From: Tubiluchus corallicola | Lineage: Eukaryota > Animalia > Priapulida | Length of the DNA: 64,000 nucleotides | Reading direction: 5' to 3' | NCBI GenBank assembly: GCA_030141605.1 | Contig: JAQGDQ010000256.1 | Coordinates: 1-64,000 of the forward strand | Shown here: positions 28,950-42,501 of the stretch, in pieces | Layout: each line of letters opens with the position of its first letter | Numbering within the stretch: position 1 is the stretch's first letter | Program-made: the position numbers and the translations under genes | The notes under the pieces: model-generated | Seen by the model: only the letters and a program-made list of their open reading frames with translations | What the model was told of the DNA's origin: nothing | The model's database searches: none

Positions 28950-29789
28950 AGCCCATTTCACAGTGAGGACGCGTAGCAAAATACATCGTGCAATTCCTCG
29001 TGAGGAATTCTGCTGCCAGCTAGAAGTTATGTGTCCTCTTCGTGAGGAATTTTTTCGCATGGTAGACTGCATGTTCCATTTTCCAACTACTCAATTACTT
29101 CTTTCTTATTTAACGAACAACAATTAATCTCTCTTTTAACAAACTGATGATTTTATGTTTTATTAATGCAACACCGATGGCTATATTCGTGAAAAAGAAA
29201 AATAGCGAACGCGTGTATTTATTTTATAAATGCACATTTTCAAATTTTGAAGTGATTAATAAAACTTTATTAAAAAAACAAACAGGCCTAACCACACATT
29301 GACTAGCATTATTAACTATACTTTGTATATGAGAAATACAGCAAATATAACTTAATTTAGACATGGTTATACAGTTTTAACTTTTTTTCAATTTATCATT
29401 TTGTTTCAGCTAAAAGCCATATACAAATATATATATGCACACATACAATAAAATTTAAACTATAGCACACAAAATTAAAAATCTATGACTAAAAAAATCA
29501 CATAAAATTAGGTATTAAGATAAAAAATTATATCTAAAGCTACACTAATCGCATACGTAGAAGTTACATAATTGAACCTGATACAAGTACCTAGTACCTA
29601 GAGTTTTACAGTACAAAACTCGCAAAGTAGTTGTAGTAACTGGACGCGCGGAAAAAACAGTTCGGTTTCACTGTGAAATGAACTTTCTCTCTGTATGAGA
29701 TTTAGAGAAGAAATCAGAAATTTGATGAATTTTTTCAGATTTTCTGACGGCAATTCCATGCGTCATTTTTCCTCACTGTGAAATGGCCT
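28950..29789. mobile_element. MITE with ~20-bp terminal inverted repeats in a sulfatase intron
   Basis: Left ta|agcccatttcacagtgagga; right tcctcactgtgaaatggcct|ta (1 mismatch). TA/TWA flanks; internal partial copy near 29667. Confidence 0.85.
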
Positions 29790-31053
29790 TAGAGTGGCAA
29801 TGAATCATATCCCCAGAATACTTTTTGTGCTTATCACTCATTTTAATTATTTTTGATATCATCTAAAATGCTTTCACGACCATTTGGAAACTTTTTCTAT
29901 ATATTGTGAAAATGATTGTGTATGCTGGGTACAGATAAATTTTTCGATTAAGTGATTGGCAAAACTTGATGGGCTAGTTGACTAGTTGCTTGTTTGTCTA
30001 ACCGGTTGGAAGTTGGTTGGTGGTTGGCTGGTGGTTACTTCGTTAGTTTAAAGGAAAGAACAAGTCACTCAGTTACTGTTATCCCTTAAACTTAGAAAAA
30101 TATAACAAAAAAATTTGCAAAGAACTGCCTATAGGGCATAAATTTAAAATATGCTACATCTGAAAAGAAATTCCCAGGTGTGGTGGTTGCCACCATCCAC
30201 TTGAAAATCATGACGTAACTGGGAGACTTCGTGACTTTTCAGAAGTGCGCCGTGGCTTTTCGTAAGCGCGCGCTTCTTAACCAAACTAATTCAAACTTCT
30301 GCATCTTACCTATGTTCCAAAAATTACAAAACTAGCTATCTAACAATTTCATGCGTATATCGTGCTCGCGTTGAAAGTATTTTTTCTTTGTTTTGATTTT
30401 AAATCCCCCATTACATGACGTCATATAAGCACACTGTAAATCAAAAGAAGAAAAGGAAATGTTAAACTATGTCCCAAAAAAACTTTAAATGCAAAGTTAT
30501 ATTACTTAGCATTTCGTTTACATGCTTGAAAGACTTATGTAAATAGAAAAGTCTTACATTTAATCTTACATTATAGTCTACATTAAAAAATTTTAACTTA
30601 CTATTAATGTAAACGTCCAACATGTTTAACTCCTCCAACTTGGACACACATCAAGAGTATTCAGTATGTCTACGCATAGTCAATTATGTTGTAGCAATTC
30701 ATTTGTCCATGGTATATTTAATGACATCTTGTTTCTAAAGCACCACTCTTGTACAGTATGTAAATTTGATTCAATATGATCACAGTTAATAACAGAAATA
30801 GAAATTGTAAGTGTCGTCAGCAGATTTCAGCACTATGAGTGTTTTTACACTATTTAGAACTTGTTTATAGTAAACTTTTACTTTCAAAATAACAGAAACA
30901 CATTGTAAATAGTGCAAAGCACTACAGTCATGATGGAAAGTGGTTTTGGCAAGGGTAGCAGATGTATAGTCACATAATACCATTCGAAAAAAACAAACGT
31001 AATACGAGATACGAGATTGTAAATACATGAAAGAGCCAGCTTCTAGGAATCAC

Positions 31054-31099
31054 CATGTTTATTGAGCGACGATCGTTTCGTACTGTAGCCATTATCAAA
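31054..31099 (-). CDS. Candidate small or degenerate internal arylsulfatase exon (FDNGYSTKRSSLNKHG)
   Basis: Acceptor tttatAG, weak donor G|GTGATT. Phase 0-to-1 would bridge the neighbouring exons in frame, but it is much shorter than the homologous segment. Confidence 0.3.
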
Positions 31100-31633
31100 C
31101 TATAAATCAAGCCAAAAAAGAAGAATAAATAATACATTAATAATACAAAGGCGCTGACTGAAACTACAAAACAACAGATTAGAATTTAGCTTATGAAAGG
31201 AAACGAGGTTGTATCAGAAGAAATTGCAGAAAAAATGTAAGAAAATTAACCTAACACATGAGAACCAAAAAAGAACACAACATAGTAAACAATTAGTCCA
31301 AGTCTCCATAATAAAGAGCCACAGCAGTAAGTATTATAAGAATAAAACACAACATCTACATTTTGCGCAATTTACAACAAGTGGGAACTACAAATGCCAC
31401 AACAAAAACAACAGGAACAACGGTCTACTTAATATCAACAATGATGACGACTAACACTACAATAATGTTAATGGGAGAACGCGAATCTAGCAACAATTCA
31501 AACTGTTATAACGTTGTTTTTTCAGTGACTGAAGCCGTCCATCCCAAATTAACATACCACACAAGTGATATTCATTTCACTGTCATATAGTTTAATGGGA
31601 AGCAAGTACATGTATAAAAATATTAAAATTTAC

Positions 31634-31746
31634 CTGTCTATACTTGCACCAGACGATGTTACTGAGAGGCAAATTATGTCCAACATAATCAAATCCGTGA
31701 TTATGAGGTAAATGAGTGCCATCGCTTCTATTGTACGCATTGGTGC
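31634..31746 (-). CDS. Arylsulfatase exon (GTNAYNRSDGTHLPHNHGFDYVGHNLPLSNIVWCKYRQ)
   Basis: PxxHGFD motif and GHNLP as in sea-urchin arylsulfatase. Acceptor aaaAG, donor CAG|GTAAAT, phase 1-0. Not in the ORF track. Confidence 0.93.
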
Positions 31747-32082
31747 CTTTTAAACATACAAAGTTTGTACTGGCAAACTAAAAAACGCATTGCATTAAGG
31801 AATAAACGGCTTGCATCATCAGGCAAAGACTACTGACATAGATAAATAAATGCGCAATAGAAAAAACAAACCTAATCACCATAAAGGTATATTGCATTTA
31901 AATCTTGGCCTCAAAATTTATATAAAATTTTCCTCCAACAGACTTGTCATACTGACCACTGATAGATAATAAAGATGAGAGTATCAGAATACTGAGAAAG
32001 AGCATTTTTTTATGAAAAATGTAATAAAAAATATTAGAGTAAATGTACATTTCTCTGATAAAATGATATATCTGCTACTTAC

Positions 32083-32232
32083 CGAGATGCCATTTTCCAA
32101 CCATGCCAGTTTTGTAGCCATTTTCTTTCAAAAATTCTGCTATGGTTAGCTCACTTGCTGGGAGCCCCTGTGTGCTATTTTGTGGATACACACGACTGCT
32201 TCCCACAACGCCTACACGAGCTGCTAACCTGC
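32083..32232 (-). CDS. Arylsulfatase exon (GRLAARVGV...GLPASELTIAEFLKENGYKTGMVGKWHLG)
   Basis: Second sulfatase signature GYxTxxxGKWHLG. Acceptor catAG, donor G|GTAAGT, phase 1-1. Not in the ORF track. Confidence 0.96.
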
Positions 32233-32762
32233 CTATGATAGTTAAAGTTCGAATAGTAAAATATGTGAATAGTGAATAGTGAAAAGTAAAGTAACACTAA
32301 ATTCTGTAGACTTGATGAAACTATTTTACAATAAAAGGAACTGCTTACAAGATACCTTAAAGTATATAAATATAGTAAGTTAATTCTAGAAACAGAGACA
32401 ATTTGTGACAGACTTGAAACCTAATTATCACATTAAATTTTTACAAGTAAACTGTGTTTAAGAGCCGAACAGTGTTCACATTTGAAATAAAGAGTGTCGA
32501 TTTTGTGACTGTCACTAGTTGATTACTAAATGTAATTGCTTGAGTTTTCACACGCTACCACAGAGCTTCGTATTTATCTGATGATGGCTAAAGCCGTATA
32601 GAGAAACATTAGTATTTTCAAAGCTACCTTGGGCGCTTATAGAGCCCCCCCCCCGAAAAAGCAGGTTGAGAAAAATGATTAAATCGAATTCCAAAATAAT
32701 TCTTGGCTGTCAATTGGAAATCTTTAGGACTACCTAAAAGACAGGGCCTTATTCATTTTTAC

Positions 32763-32989
32763 CTGTAAGCAAAGCAGCTCTGCTAGGAGAACAAATGGCT
32801 TCACTGGAATACCAGTGAGTGAACCTCATGCCCTCATCAGCCAGCTCATCTAAAATCTCCTTCTCTTGCAGCGGATTTCCGTAGGAATTCAAGTCGCCAT
32901 ATCCCACGTCATCAGCGAAAAATAGGACAATGTTTGGTCTATTGGCAACGACGAAGTTGACTAACAACAAACAAGCAACAAAGTGCAGC
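32763..32989 (-). CDS. Arylsulfatase N-terminal exon: signal peptide, RPNIVLFFADDVGYGD and the formylglycine motif CSPSRAALLTG
   Basis: CxPxRxxxLTG signature, DD metal ligands and hydrophobic leader LHFVACLLLVNFVVA. Acceptor taatAG, donor G|GTAAAA. Confidence 0.96.
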
Positions 32990-33921
32990 CTATTACAAAT
33001 GAAAATATTTGTTATACTTATTATACAAAATCACTTACATGGCATTTCATTCAACATTTACAATAAAGGGCCAACAGGTGATGACGATATTAATAATAAT
33101 GATATCTTTGATGAAAAAAAAGATAATTATACAAAAAACCACTTTCTAGAAAAGCACATACTGACAGAGCAGAGGACAATTTATATAAAAGTGTTTCCTC
33201 AGAAATACATAAAAAAATAATTTAAGAAACAAATATAAAATTCTTGCAATGTTTCTTGCTACGTTCGTTTATGTCGCACTTACCACTATAATAATTTAAT
33301 GCTAATTTCGGGAACTACCAGTTATATTCGGCTAATACTTCGTTTTAGTTACTGTTTTTCTGTAACATTTTTGTTTTGTTTGAGAATTTAATTTGATTTG
33401 ATTTAAAATTTATTTATCTCCGTCATATTAAATGTACACATACCACATTAATACAATCGCATTAATAATCCTGGTGCAAATAATTAGCTACAATAGTTAA
33501 TAATGATGGCAAAATACATGTATAAGAGAAGGTACAGCGAGCCAACCAAATGGTCATATGGTCAGATATCCTCATGTAGCAGAAATATAAAGTAGAATTA
33601 AGCAGCGCTAATGAAGTAAGTAACTTTAATTTTGATTTTAGATCGGCTTAGTCAGTTGTAATTTTGGACGAAATAATATTATCTTGTAAATTTGATTTGA
33701 TAAGTTGTGTCAGTATAGTATACATGCAATAAGATCTAATGCTAATAATTACTACAATTTTATATAACATGAGTTTTCAATAGATAAATGAATATTCCTT
33801 ACTTAAGTAAATTTATTTTTGTAAAACAATTTTCCTCAATTTTTTAACTAATCATAAAACAAACTAGGGTAAAAAAACAAGGGTATAAAGCTGTAATAAT
33901 AACAACAATCATGAATGTAAC

Positions 33922-33934
33922 AATGATGATGATG

Positions 33935-33966
<32 letters not shown>

Positions 33967-34041
33967 GATGATAATGATGATGATGATGATGATGACGACG
34001 ACGACGACGACGACGACGACGATGATGATGATGATGATGAT
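33922..34041. repeat. (GAT)n/(GAC)n compound microsatellite
   Basis: Directly visible. Confidence 0.97.
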
Positions 34042-34537
34042 AACATTTTAGTAGCTGGTTACTCTAGTTAGACAAGTAGTCAATACTAGTTAGCATACCA
34101 GTATACTAGTTAGATATTAGGTACAAGGAGAGAAAGCTGCACTGCACACTTCATATTTGTCTTAATTATAATGAACTTACCCATTCATGGTTGTTTCTAA
34201 GTTGCCTTTACTCCAGAAAAGAACTGGCACTTGTGTTCTGTAAGGGACATTTTTATACCTCCCAAACACTAGAGTTTTTCTATACCACATAAAGCGTTGC
34301 CTGATAAGAATCATCACTCCCAGTGGAAGTAACAGACAATGGTACCTGGTACCTGCTTTAGGTATTTGTCTACACACACAGTTATGATAAAAAACGATAA
34401 AAATGTGGCTAATTTGTATAGCGCTATAAATCTAAAAATTGCAAACAGTGAACATTACTCCAACGCACACTTGCACTTAAAACATCGAAAAAATCTTTAA
34501 TGTTGTGGAGATGTATACGTATCTGAAATTTCCACAG

Positions 34538-35067
34538 GATCATTATTTGCCTCAGCATTCTGAAACAGGCTTCCAAAGATGCCTCGCTTGCCAAGCAATG
34601 GGTACTTTATTTTTCAGTAATATAAGGCTATGTGATGTGCATCTCAAAAAACCTTGCGAAATCTCTACTAATTTCACTCTTACTACTGTTTTTCGTTTTC
34701 TTCTCAGCTATGCGACAACGGGCGTTGTCGTTACAATATGTTCATATCTCCGGCTATCAGTAGGAAAATCCTAGACAAGGAGATCTCGGAGATAATATGT
34801 ATAATGCGGGCTAACAACACTATACCAATTCCAGGGGGAGACATTGGCGCTTCGGTTTTACAAATAGAAAAGAATCACGTAAGAATAGGCCACAGTAGAG
34901 CCTATTCACGGTTAATTATGAGGAACGGCGAATTGCGTGGGCTTAAAAGTACACTATTCAGAGAGCATGCAACTGTCTGTGTAAAGGCCTGTTTGTACGG
35001 TGCGGATTCAAGCAAACATGTTGCTAAATTAAAGAGAACCCGGTACCTCGATGATGTGCCTTACTAG
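34538..35067 (+). CDS. Putative two-exon orphan gene (34538-34601, 34708-35067), ~140 aa, unknown function
   Basis: Acceptors ttccacAG and tttcgttttcttctcAG with donor TGG|GTACTT join in frame: IIICLSILKQASKDASLAKQW|LCDNGRCRYNMFISPAISRKILDKEISEIICIMR...YLDDVPY*. GC is higher than in the flanks. No recognised family. Confidence 0.45.
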
Positions 35068-35715
35068 GGCGTACTTCACGACAATAATCATGACACCATA
35101 GCATTTTCCAACTCTTTAACCAGAAGTTTAATTAATTAATTTATTTTTTACTTTTGTGACATCCGTATAAAATAATAAAAGCGAAAAAACTACATAATAA
35201 GTAATGTTACATACGATGTGATGTAATGTACGATATAATGTCACATAACTAATGTCACATGACACATACGATAAACCGACGGTCAAAGACGCACAGAAAT
35301 GATTCTGCAAGTATGTGCATATAGGTTTAAGTAGGCATGCTGCATGCTTCTATTAAAACACGAGAATTTACCAAGGTTGACAGAGTTTAAGCTACTTTTA
35401 AACAGGTCCACTCATCACCAATCAAAATATTGTTATATTTACAAGGGTCCTACGTGAAAGTATTTGTACTTGGAGAACAAAAAATATGTCATAAAAATGA
35501 ATTATTCTGACAATGTTAACATAAATTATGAAAACATACTTCTTCGGCCCCCGATTTTGTAATCAACTATTTTTTGTTATTCGAACTTTGGATTTACTTG
35601 TTTTGCATTCGCAGCAGTTTTTTTCCTGTTTGAACAAAAGATGAAGTAACTGTGCTGTCAAGGCCATATGAAAACAACTACGCAATGCTACATACAGATT
35701 ATACAATTTCACATG

Positions 35716-35716
35716 T

Positions 35717-35770
<54 letters not shown>

Positions 35771-35876
35771 CATATGTATATATATGTGTGTGTGCGTGTG
35801 CGTGTGCGTGTGCATGTGCACGTGTACGTGTAAATGTACATGTACATGTACATGTACATGTATATGTATATGTATA
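35716..35876. repeat. Compound (TA)n/(TG)n/(GTGTGC)n/(TGTACA)n microsatellite
   Basis: Directly visible. Confidence 0.95.
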
Positions 35877-37183
35877 ATATACGAACGGATTACATGTAAG
35901 GTATCAAAAATAAAAAAGGGCGAAAATTGCATGGAATCACTAATAGGCTTACTGAATTTAAGGTTTTTTACATTATTAGGAAATACAAATATCACACTTA
36001 AAAAAGGATGCAATCACATAGAAAAACACAGATCAGCAAAAAAGCTACAAGTAAAAACTCAGAAGTATAAAATCACTGACCACAATGTTAGAGTGAGAAT
36101 GAACAGAAGGCAGTTAGATAAACAACAGCGGCGGCTTGAAACGTCGTGCTTTTCCTTATGTCATAATTGTGGGAGTTTTCCATCAATTGTCACTATTCTT
36201 GCCATTAAGAGTTAAAGTTGCAGTTGCATTTATTGTGACTCCATGCTCGTATCTAATCTACTTACCGAGAGAATATTTAGGTTTTATTTGCAGTGTTTCT
36301 TTATTTCTTCCATGTGATTGTATCCTTCTTAAGTGTGATATTTAGTATTTTCCTCTAGTTCACTAAATCAATAATTTTATGTAATTTTTCCCTTTTTTAA
36401 GGTTTTATTTTTTACCTGAAGATAAATTACAACGGTAGCTTAAAATTTTATTAAAACGTCTCGTTTTTTGTTGTTTCTTAATTGTGGGACTTTTTCATTA
36501 ATTGTCATTATTATTATTATTGCTAAGAATTCAAATTAAATTTACTACTAGGTAAACAATAATCAACTGAAATTAAACTGAAGCATCTAGTTAATGAAAT
36601 AGTAACGCTTTACCATATTTATCACTTGGCAAGAACTTGGCAATACTCCACGAAATAAAAGTATTCCACTTCCAAGTATTTATGAAGAACATTTACCATG
36701 ATTACTGAGGTGTAACAACGTTAACGTCAACATCAGTTAACTGCAAATACGAAGCCTAAAGCATATATTTGCATACCATTTAAACCAATTTTGATGTATA
36801 TATTTGCCACTTGCTGGCTGCCATTTGTGCAAAGAGCAAACAGAATCTACAGATTAGCAGAGAGCAAATAAAGAAGGTTGGAGTTGATAGAGATGGCATA
36901 ATAAGCGTACACGCCTGTTCAAATGGCTATTTCCGTTTTATAAATGCTTGGCTTCTGTAATGTAGGTTTCATTGTCAAAATACAGCTGCGAAGGGAAAAA
37001 TTTCGTCATTTTACCAACGCGTTACATCAGTCTACGATTATTAAGAGGTTTGTTTATAACTGTTTCGATTATTTGATTTACGAACCCATTTTGTAATTAT
37101 TATCTCGAAGTTCATCATCGACAAGAATATGATGGTACTCATTCCAAATGTGACTTTATTTATCCCAGGCGGTATGATGTACA

Positions 37184-37384
<201 letters not shown>

Positions 37385-37610
37385 CAGACATAGAAAAAGA
37401 ATGGAGTGAGAAAGAGGTGAGATACAAGCTTTCAATACATCATACATTGGTTCATCAGTTACACAGACTTATTAGACAGACAAATATTGGGCCCATAAAG
37501 TATTATCAGTTATCTGTCTTTGTAGATATATTTGTTCTTATTCATTCATTTTATTAGCTGATTGATAATTAAAATACTAACAAAATAGAGCATGGCTATC
37601 TGATTTAGCA

Positions 37611-37644
<34 letters not shown>

Positions 37645-38419
37645 TGCTTGGGGAATCTGGGTAGAAAAGTTTCCTTTAACCATATAAATCACTATCAAGT
37701 TTAAGCCGGTGATTATTAAGCGGGTGTGTAATCAAACAGAGAATGCTTTGAAATTTTGCAATCTCTCGAAATGAGTTGCTTTGCTTGGCTTTCACGGGTG
37801 GACTCAGGTCCAGTTCAAGATTATAAGAACTTAAACGCAAAGATATTCCGTTGCAATGCCTCTTCTATCAGGCCATTGACTAACAAGTTCTTTGTGACCG
37901 TTTTTTATGGCCGCAGTAGCACGGAAACATGTATTTATTGGCGTGGCTTTGCAGTCATTAAAACACACTCCGTTAATACTGCGGGCAGAAGCACATTAAA
38001 TCTTCCGACGCAAATCGATACTAGCCTCTTTGATTTTAATTGGCTTTATTCGGTTGATAACAGTTTACGTCTGACAGCTTCTCCGGATGATATAACAAGC
38101 GGATAAGCATGCAAATTTTCCTCATCTCTTTCCTCTCTCTCTCTCTCTCAAGCGCTATCTGCCAATTGACTATCAACGCATCACAAACAAGCCACAGTTG
38201 GATGAAAGTATGAACTGGTAGAAAATGAGAATCAGGGCTATCATGTTAATCAATAATTACCGCGAACGATTAACATGAAAACATTTTATTAAATTTGAAA
38301 TAATAAATTAATTCTTCGCAATATAATGTTCAAAATAGCAAATATTTGAATTTTGACTTTCATAAAAATATTTTGAGCGCTCATTCTAGTTCATATGGAA
38401 CTATGCTGTCTCAATGGGT

Positions 38420-38580
38420 GTAGGTCAAATGGCCACCAGACAAAGGTCCGCAACCCAAAGGACCATACAAAGGACCATCACAGACAAAAAACCGTTGGTC
38501 AATGACCCATCAGACAAAGAACTAAAGGTTAAAGGAACACTAGATAAAAAGTACAAGACCACGTAAAAGGTCAACCGAAA
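38420..38580. repeat. Degenerate short tandem array (gacaaaggacc-like units), probably part of a non-autonomous transposon
   Basis: Recurring caaagg/gacaaa/gacc units at ~10-20 bp spacing. Confidence 0.45.
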
Positions 38581-41500
38581 AACAACTTGAGATTTTTGCT
38601 GTTTGCTGAGGTAATATTACACTATTTGCAGAACGTATTTTAAAGTTCTACATTATTTGTTTTGAGAGTATTATAAGGCTTCTGTATCTCAGAACATGTT
38701 GCCAAATGCGGGTTTCTGGATCCGACACGAAGTGCGGGATCCCTAGTTCTTGGTCATGTCTTTTTCACTTGTATCTTTGAAACTACAACAAATCGAAGTT
38801 TTCATCGCAGGAGGCTGAAATTTTGTACGAAGATACTACGAACCATTGCGCAAACTGTAACAAATCCCTTTTTCACTTACCCAACACGGCCCTCAGTTAT
38901 GTCCATTAAATGGATCATGCCCGTTAAATGGATCTGTACCATATGTTGTTACATGTTGTGGTTTCTTTCATTCTAACATATAAACGGATCTGCCCCCCAA
39001 CAATGCCTATTTTAATTTTTTACGAAGAAACCGATTTCTTGGCGATTGTAAACACTTCCCCATTATTTTCTTAAGAAAAGCATTAACTTTACAGGAAATA
39101 AGCAAGCAGGACGTCCCAACTCAAAGCGCAATAGTGCTTCCATTCTAAATTGTAAATTATGGGAGAATATGTTTCAAAAATGTTTGTTTTGCACATTACT
39201 GCTTACACACTTGGCTTACATTATCACATTTTACTTAAATCTACTCTTCACTACTATCGTTTAACTGGCCTCGCATGCATAGTCTAACAGTCTACAATCA
39301 ACCATAGTGCATAGTCTAACAGTTTGCCATCAACCAGAGGCGCTAAAGCGATACAATTTTACCCTAAGTGTTTGCGTAGACGTCACTGAAAACCGTCGTG
39401 AAATTGAACAAGAACTTGAAACAATCTCCCTAGACTGTAGAAAATCTCTTTCCACCGCCGGCCAAACATTGTAGAGATTTAAACCGATTTCTTCTGTTGT
39501 CATACTTACAAAGTGTACTCAGGCTGCTGTTAAAGCTTTTAAAAGACTTGGCTTTGTCTTGTAAATTGAACGGATCCCACAAATTTTCATGAATCGATCA
39601 AAAAGAAACAACAGTAATAAGAGTGACGTTTGTCAATCTTCAAAAACAAAGAAGATTGAATGTTCGTCACTGGAAGATAACAGTAACTAGAAATAGTAAT
39701 AAAAAATTAGTTTATAGTGCTGTCAGTCAGATATCTGGACGTTTATTCTTGTTGATGTCGCTTTGTCCTTCTTAGGAAACACAAAAGATGTACAGCAGCA
39801 GACGAGAGAGGTTAATGGCTGGGACTCTCATCTGGACACAATCAAACAAGTGCCGGTTGGTTATTTTCTCTGATAATGAGCTCTCTTGTCGGTGCCACGC
39901 AATCAATACGTCAGAATACAAACTGCAAGGCTTAGCGTGGCCCATGATGTGGAAACTTACTAAATAGTACAGATAAAAGACAATAAGGTAAGAACAGTAC
40001 CTACTCGAAATCTTGATTTCGTAAGAAACAAATTAACATAAAGGGGGTTGCGATGGCATAGGTTAGCATTAAAACATCGGTTTAAGGTTAATGGTTTGCT
40101 CAGTATGAACGACTATAGAAAGAGTGCTAGACGACTGTTTAAAAATGCTATATTTATGACGATACGTCTATAAAAAGTGCTCTGATTAAAGAAATATTAA
40201 TAGACTTATGACTGTAGTTGGCGCGACAAGGATCTTTGAATGTAAAACAACAGCTTACACTAAAATCATACATGTGACACACACTCTGAAATAGTACTTC
40301 AACGCCTTTGCAAAAATCTTTGCAAAAATAGTCATAATGCTAAAGGACCGGGTAAAAAACGGTTAAACATTACTTTGTTTGTTATTGACCTTTACTTAAG
40401 AGAACGCTAATTTTTAATATTTTAATCATTCAAATTTTGTGTTTATGTATTTTATACTATAGATGACCTCACTAAGGTTTGACTTAAATGTGCCCGGGCA
40501 CCATTTCCTCTTGATTCAGTGGACTGTTCCCAGTCACATTCCTCCTCTTGCGATTCTAGGATTTCTGGGTGCCTCCTCAAATTTGAATTATCATCTCGCT
40601 GTTATACTTTTATTGAAACCTTTACAAAACGTATTTGTTTTTTAATTGCGTAAAATAAATGAAGAAGGTAATCCTTAATTTCAATAAATCATAAAACATG
40701 CGCATTTGATTTAATGCTTAAATAATGGGTTGGAAATGTGCTTTTTATTAAATAGCATCGAAAGAAAAAAGAGGTCAATACACAACGAAAATCCTTGCAT
40801 ACAAAACTTCCATTTGAGTTTTAGTGTCGCATTTGGGTCTGCATGCACAGAAACTTTGTGTACAGAGTGTACAGAACAGTTCCTTTCCAACTTAGACAGT
40901 AATTCTTCCCCATTTCCTCTCTTGGCAACCCCACCCCTCACAGATTTGAAATTCCTCCCACGAGAGAAAACTGTCAGTCAATTTGAGAATCAGTAGTTTA
41001 TATAATATACAAACCCTTTTTTATTTATTTTATTTATTTGAAGGTGAAGGGTGAATCACTACTACTGTTGCACTGAGGTATTTGTGTTGTACAGTCGACG
41101 AAGTACCATTTAATTTCGCCCCCACCGAAGTCATTGTGTGTGGGTACTGGCATACCAGGTATCTCAGCACCTGCTCCGTAGACTAAGATCGGCAGTATGG
41201 GAGATGTAGGACAAGGTTGCTAACAGGTTTACCTTTAATTATTTCTTCGATTTTGAACGTTTTTTAATTTTACAAAACAGTGCCGGCTGCAGCAGCATAA
41301 ACTGTTTGGCTGCCGTTAGTTTATTTCCCACGGTGGCACCAAGGAAGTTCTCAACTACGTAAACTATAAAGACAGCGCTGACGGGTATGACGTACACAAA
41401 CGTGTCATATTTTTATGGACAATTTCGCGCGTGTATAATACGTTGTAATTATGAAAAGTCGGCTAAAATCAATGAATTGCCTATACCAAGAATATTAGCG

Positions 41501-42436
41501 GTGTATTTAGTATCCAGCAATAAAAAACTTTATTAAAGGCAACTTTTCAGCTATAGTAGCTACCATCACATACTATAAAAGTAAGATCGAAATAAATTCG
41601 CAATCAATTTTGAAATTGAAATTCAGTGTCGATTTATATAAAAAATGTAAAAGATTAAAGTGCGCGAATTTTTGACTATTTCACATCATTATCATCAGGC
41701 AAAGAATGACAAGCAGTGAAACTCTCGTTAATAAACAGTAAAATTAGACTCTAGCGTAAATAATAGTTGAAAATAGACAATAAACCATAAGTATATAACA
41801 TACAGACAAATACGTTCTCAAATAATCATGATACAAATAATCATTAAAATAATTGTTGCTCATTTATTGCTCTAATTCATTACAATAATTAAAACTTTTG
41901 AACGGTAACGGCTTTTAGCCGGCATCAAGTAGTCAAAAATTTTCAATTTCAAATTATTTTATAAATAAACCTCCTATACATAAGTAAAAGGTGTTTAGAT
42001 GACAACATTTAGATTGTATGAAGTAAACTTTGGTTTTACTGACGTTTGAACTTGGTTGCTGATTGTTCAAAGTACATAGTATACTGAGCTGCTTGCATTT
42101 GTAATTTTATGTTATCATGCTACAATATGATAGGCCTATATCAATGCATTATACTGATCGTTAACTTATTACTATAAGCCGGTTTTTATTTATTTATTCA
42201 ACTCGGAATTATTACATTTGCACTAGAGTATCGCGATATTACAAAAAATAGTTTTTAATGCATTGGTTTACGCATGTCGTTAATTGTTTATTTTTGTTGT
42301 AATGCCAAACATTAAACCTACAGCTGCGCACCTAAAATGTAAATGGAAAATGCAAACGTGATTTCAAAAAAAAACTAAAAATTTGTGCAATCCATCTTGT
42401 ACATGGTACTACAAGTGACCTCTATATGTGACTAAA

Positions 42437-42466
42437 TTTATTTATTTATTTATTTATTTGTTTGTT

Positions 42467-42500
<34 letters not shown>
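42437..42500. repeat. (ATTT)n/(TA)n/(TG)n compound microsatellite
   Basis: Directly visible. Confidence 0.93.

Positions 42501-42501
<1 letters not shown>

Noticed and set aside
39370-39690. Long, nearly open plus-strand frame with two stops
   Set aside because: No recognisable domain or splice structure; possibly a TE relic.
40463-40996. GC-richer ORFs with Cys clusters
   Set aside because: Frames conflict and no consistent exon or domain emerges.
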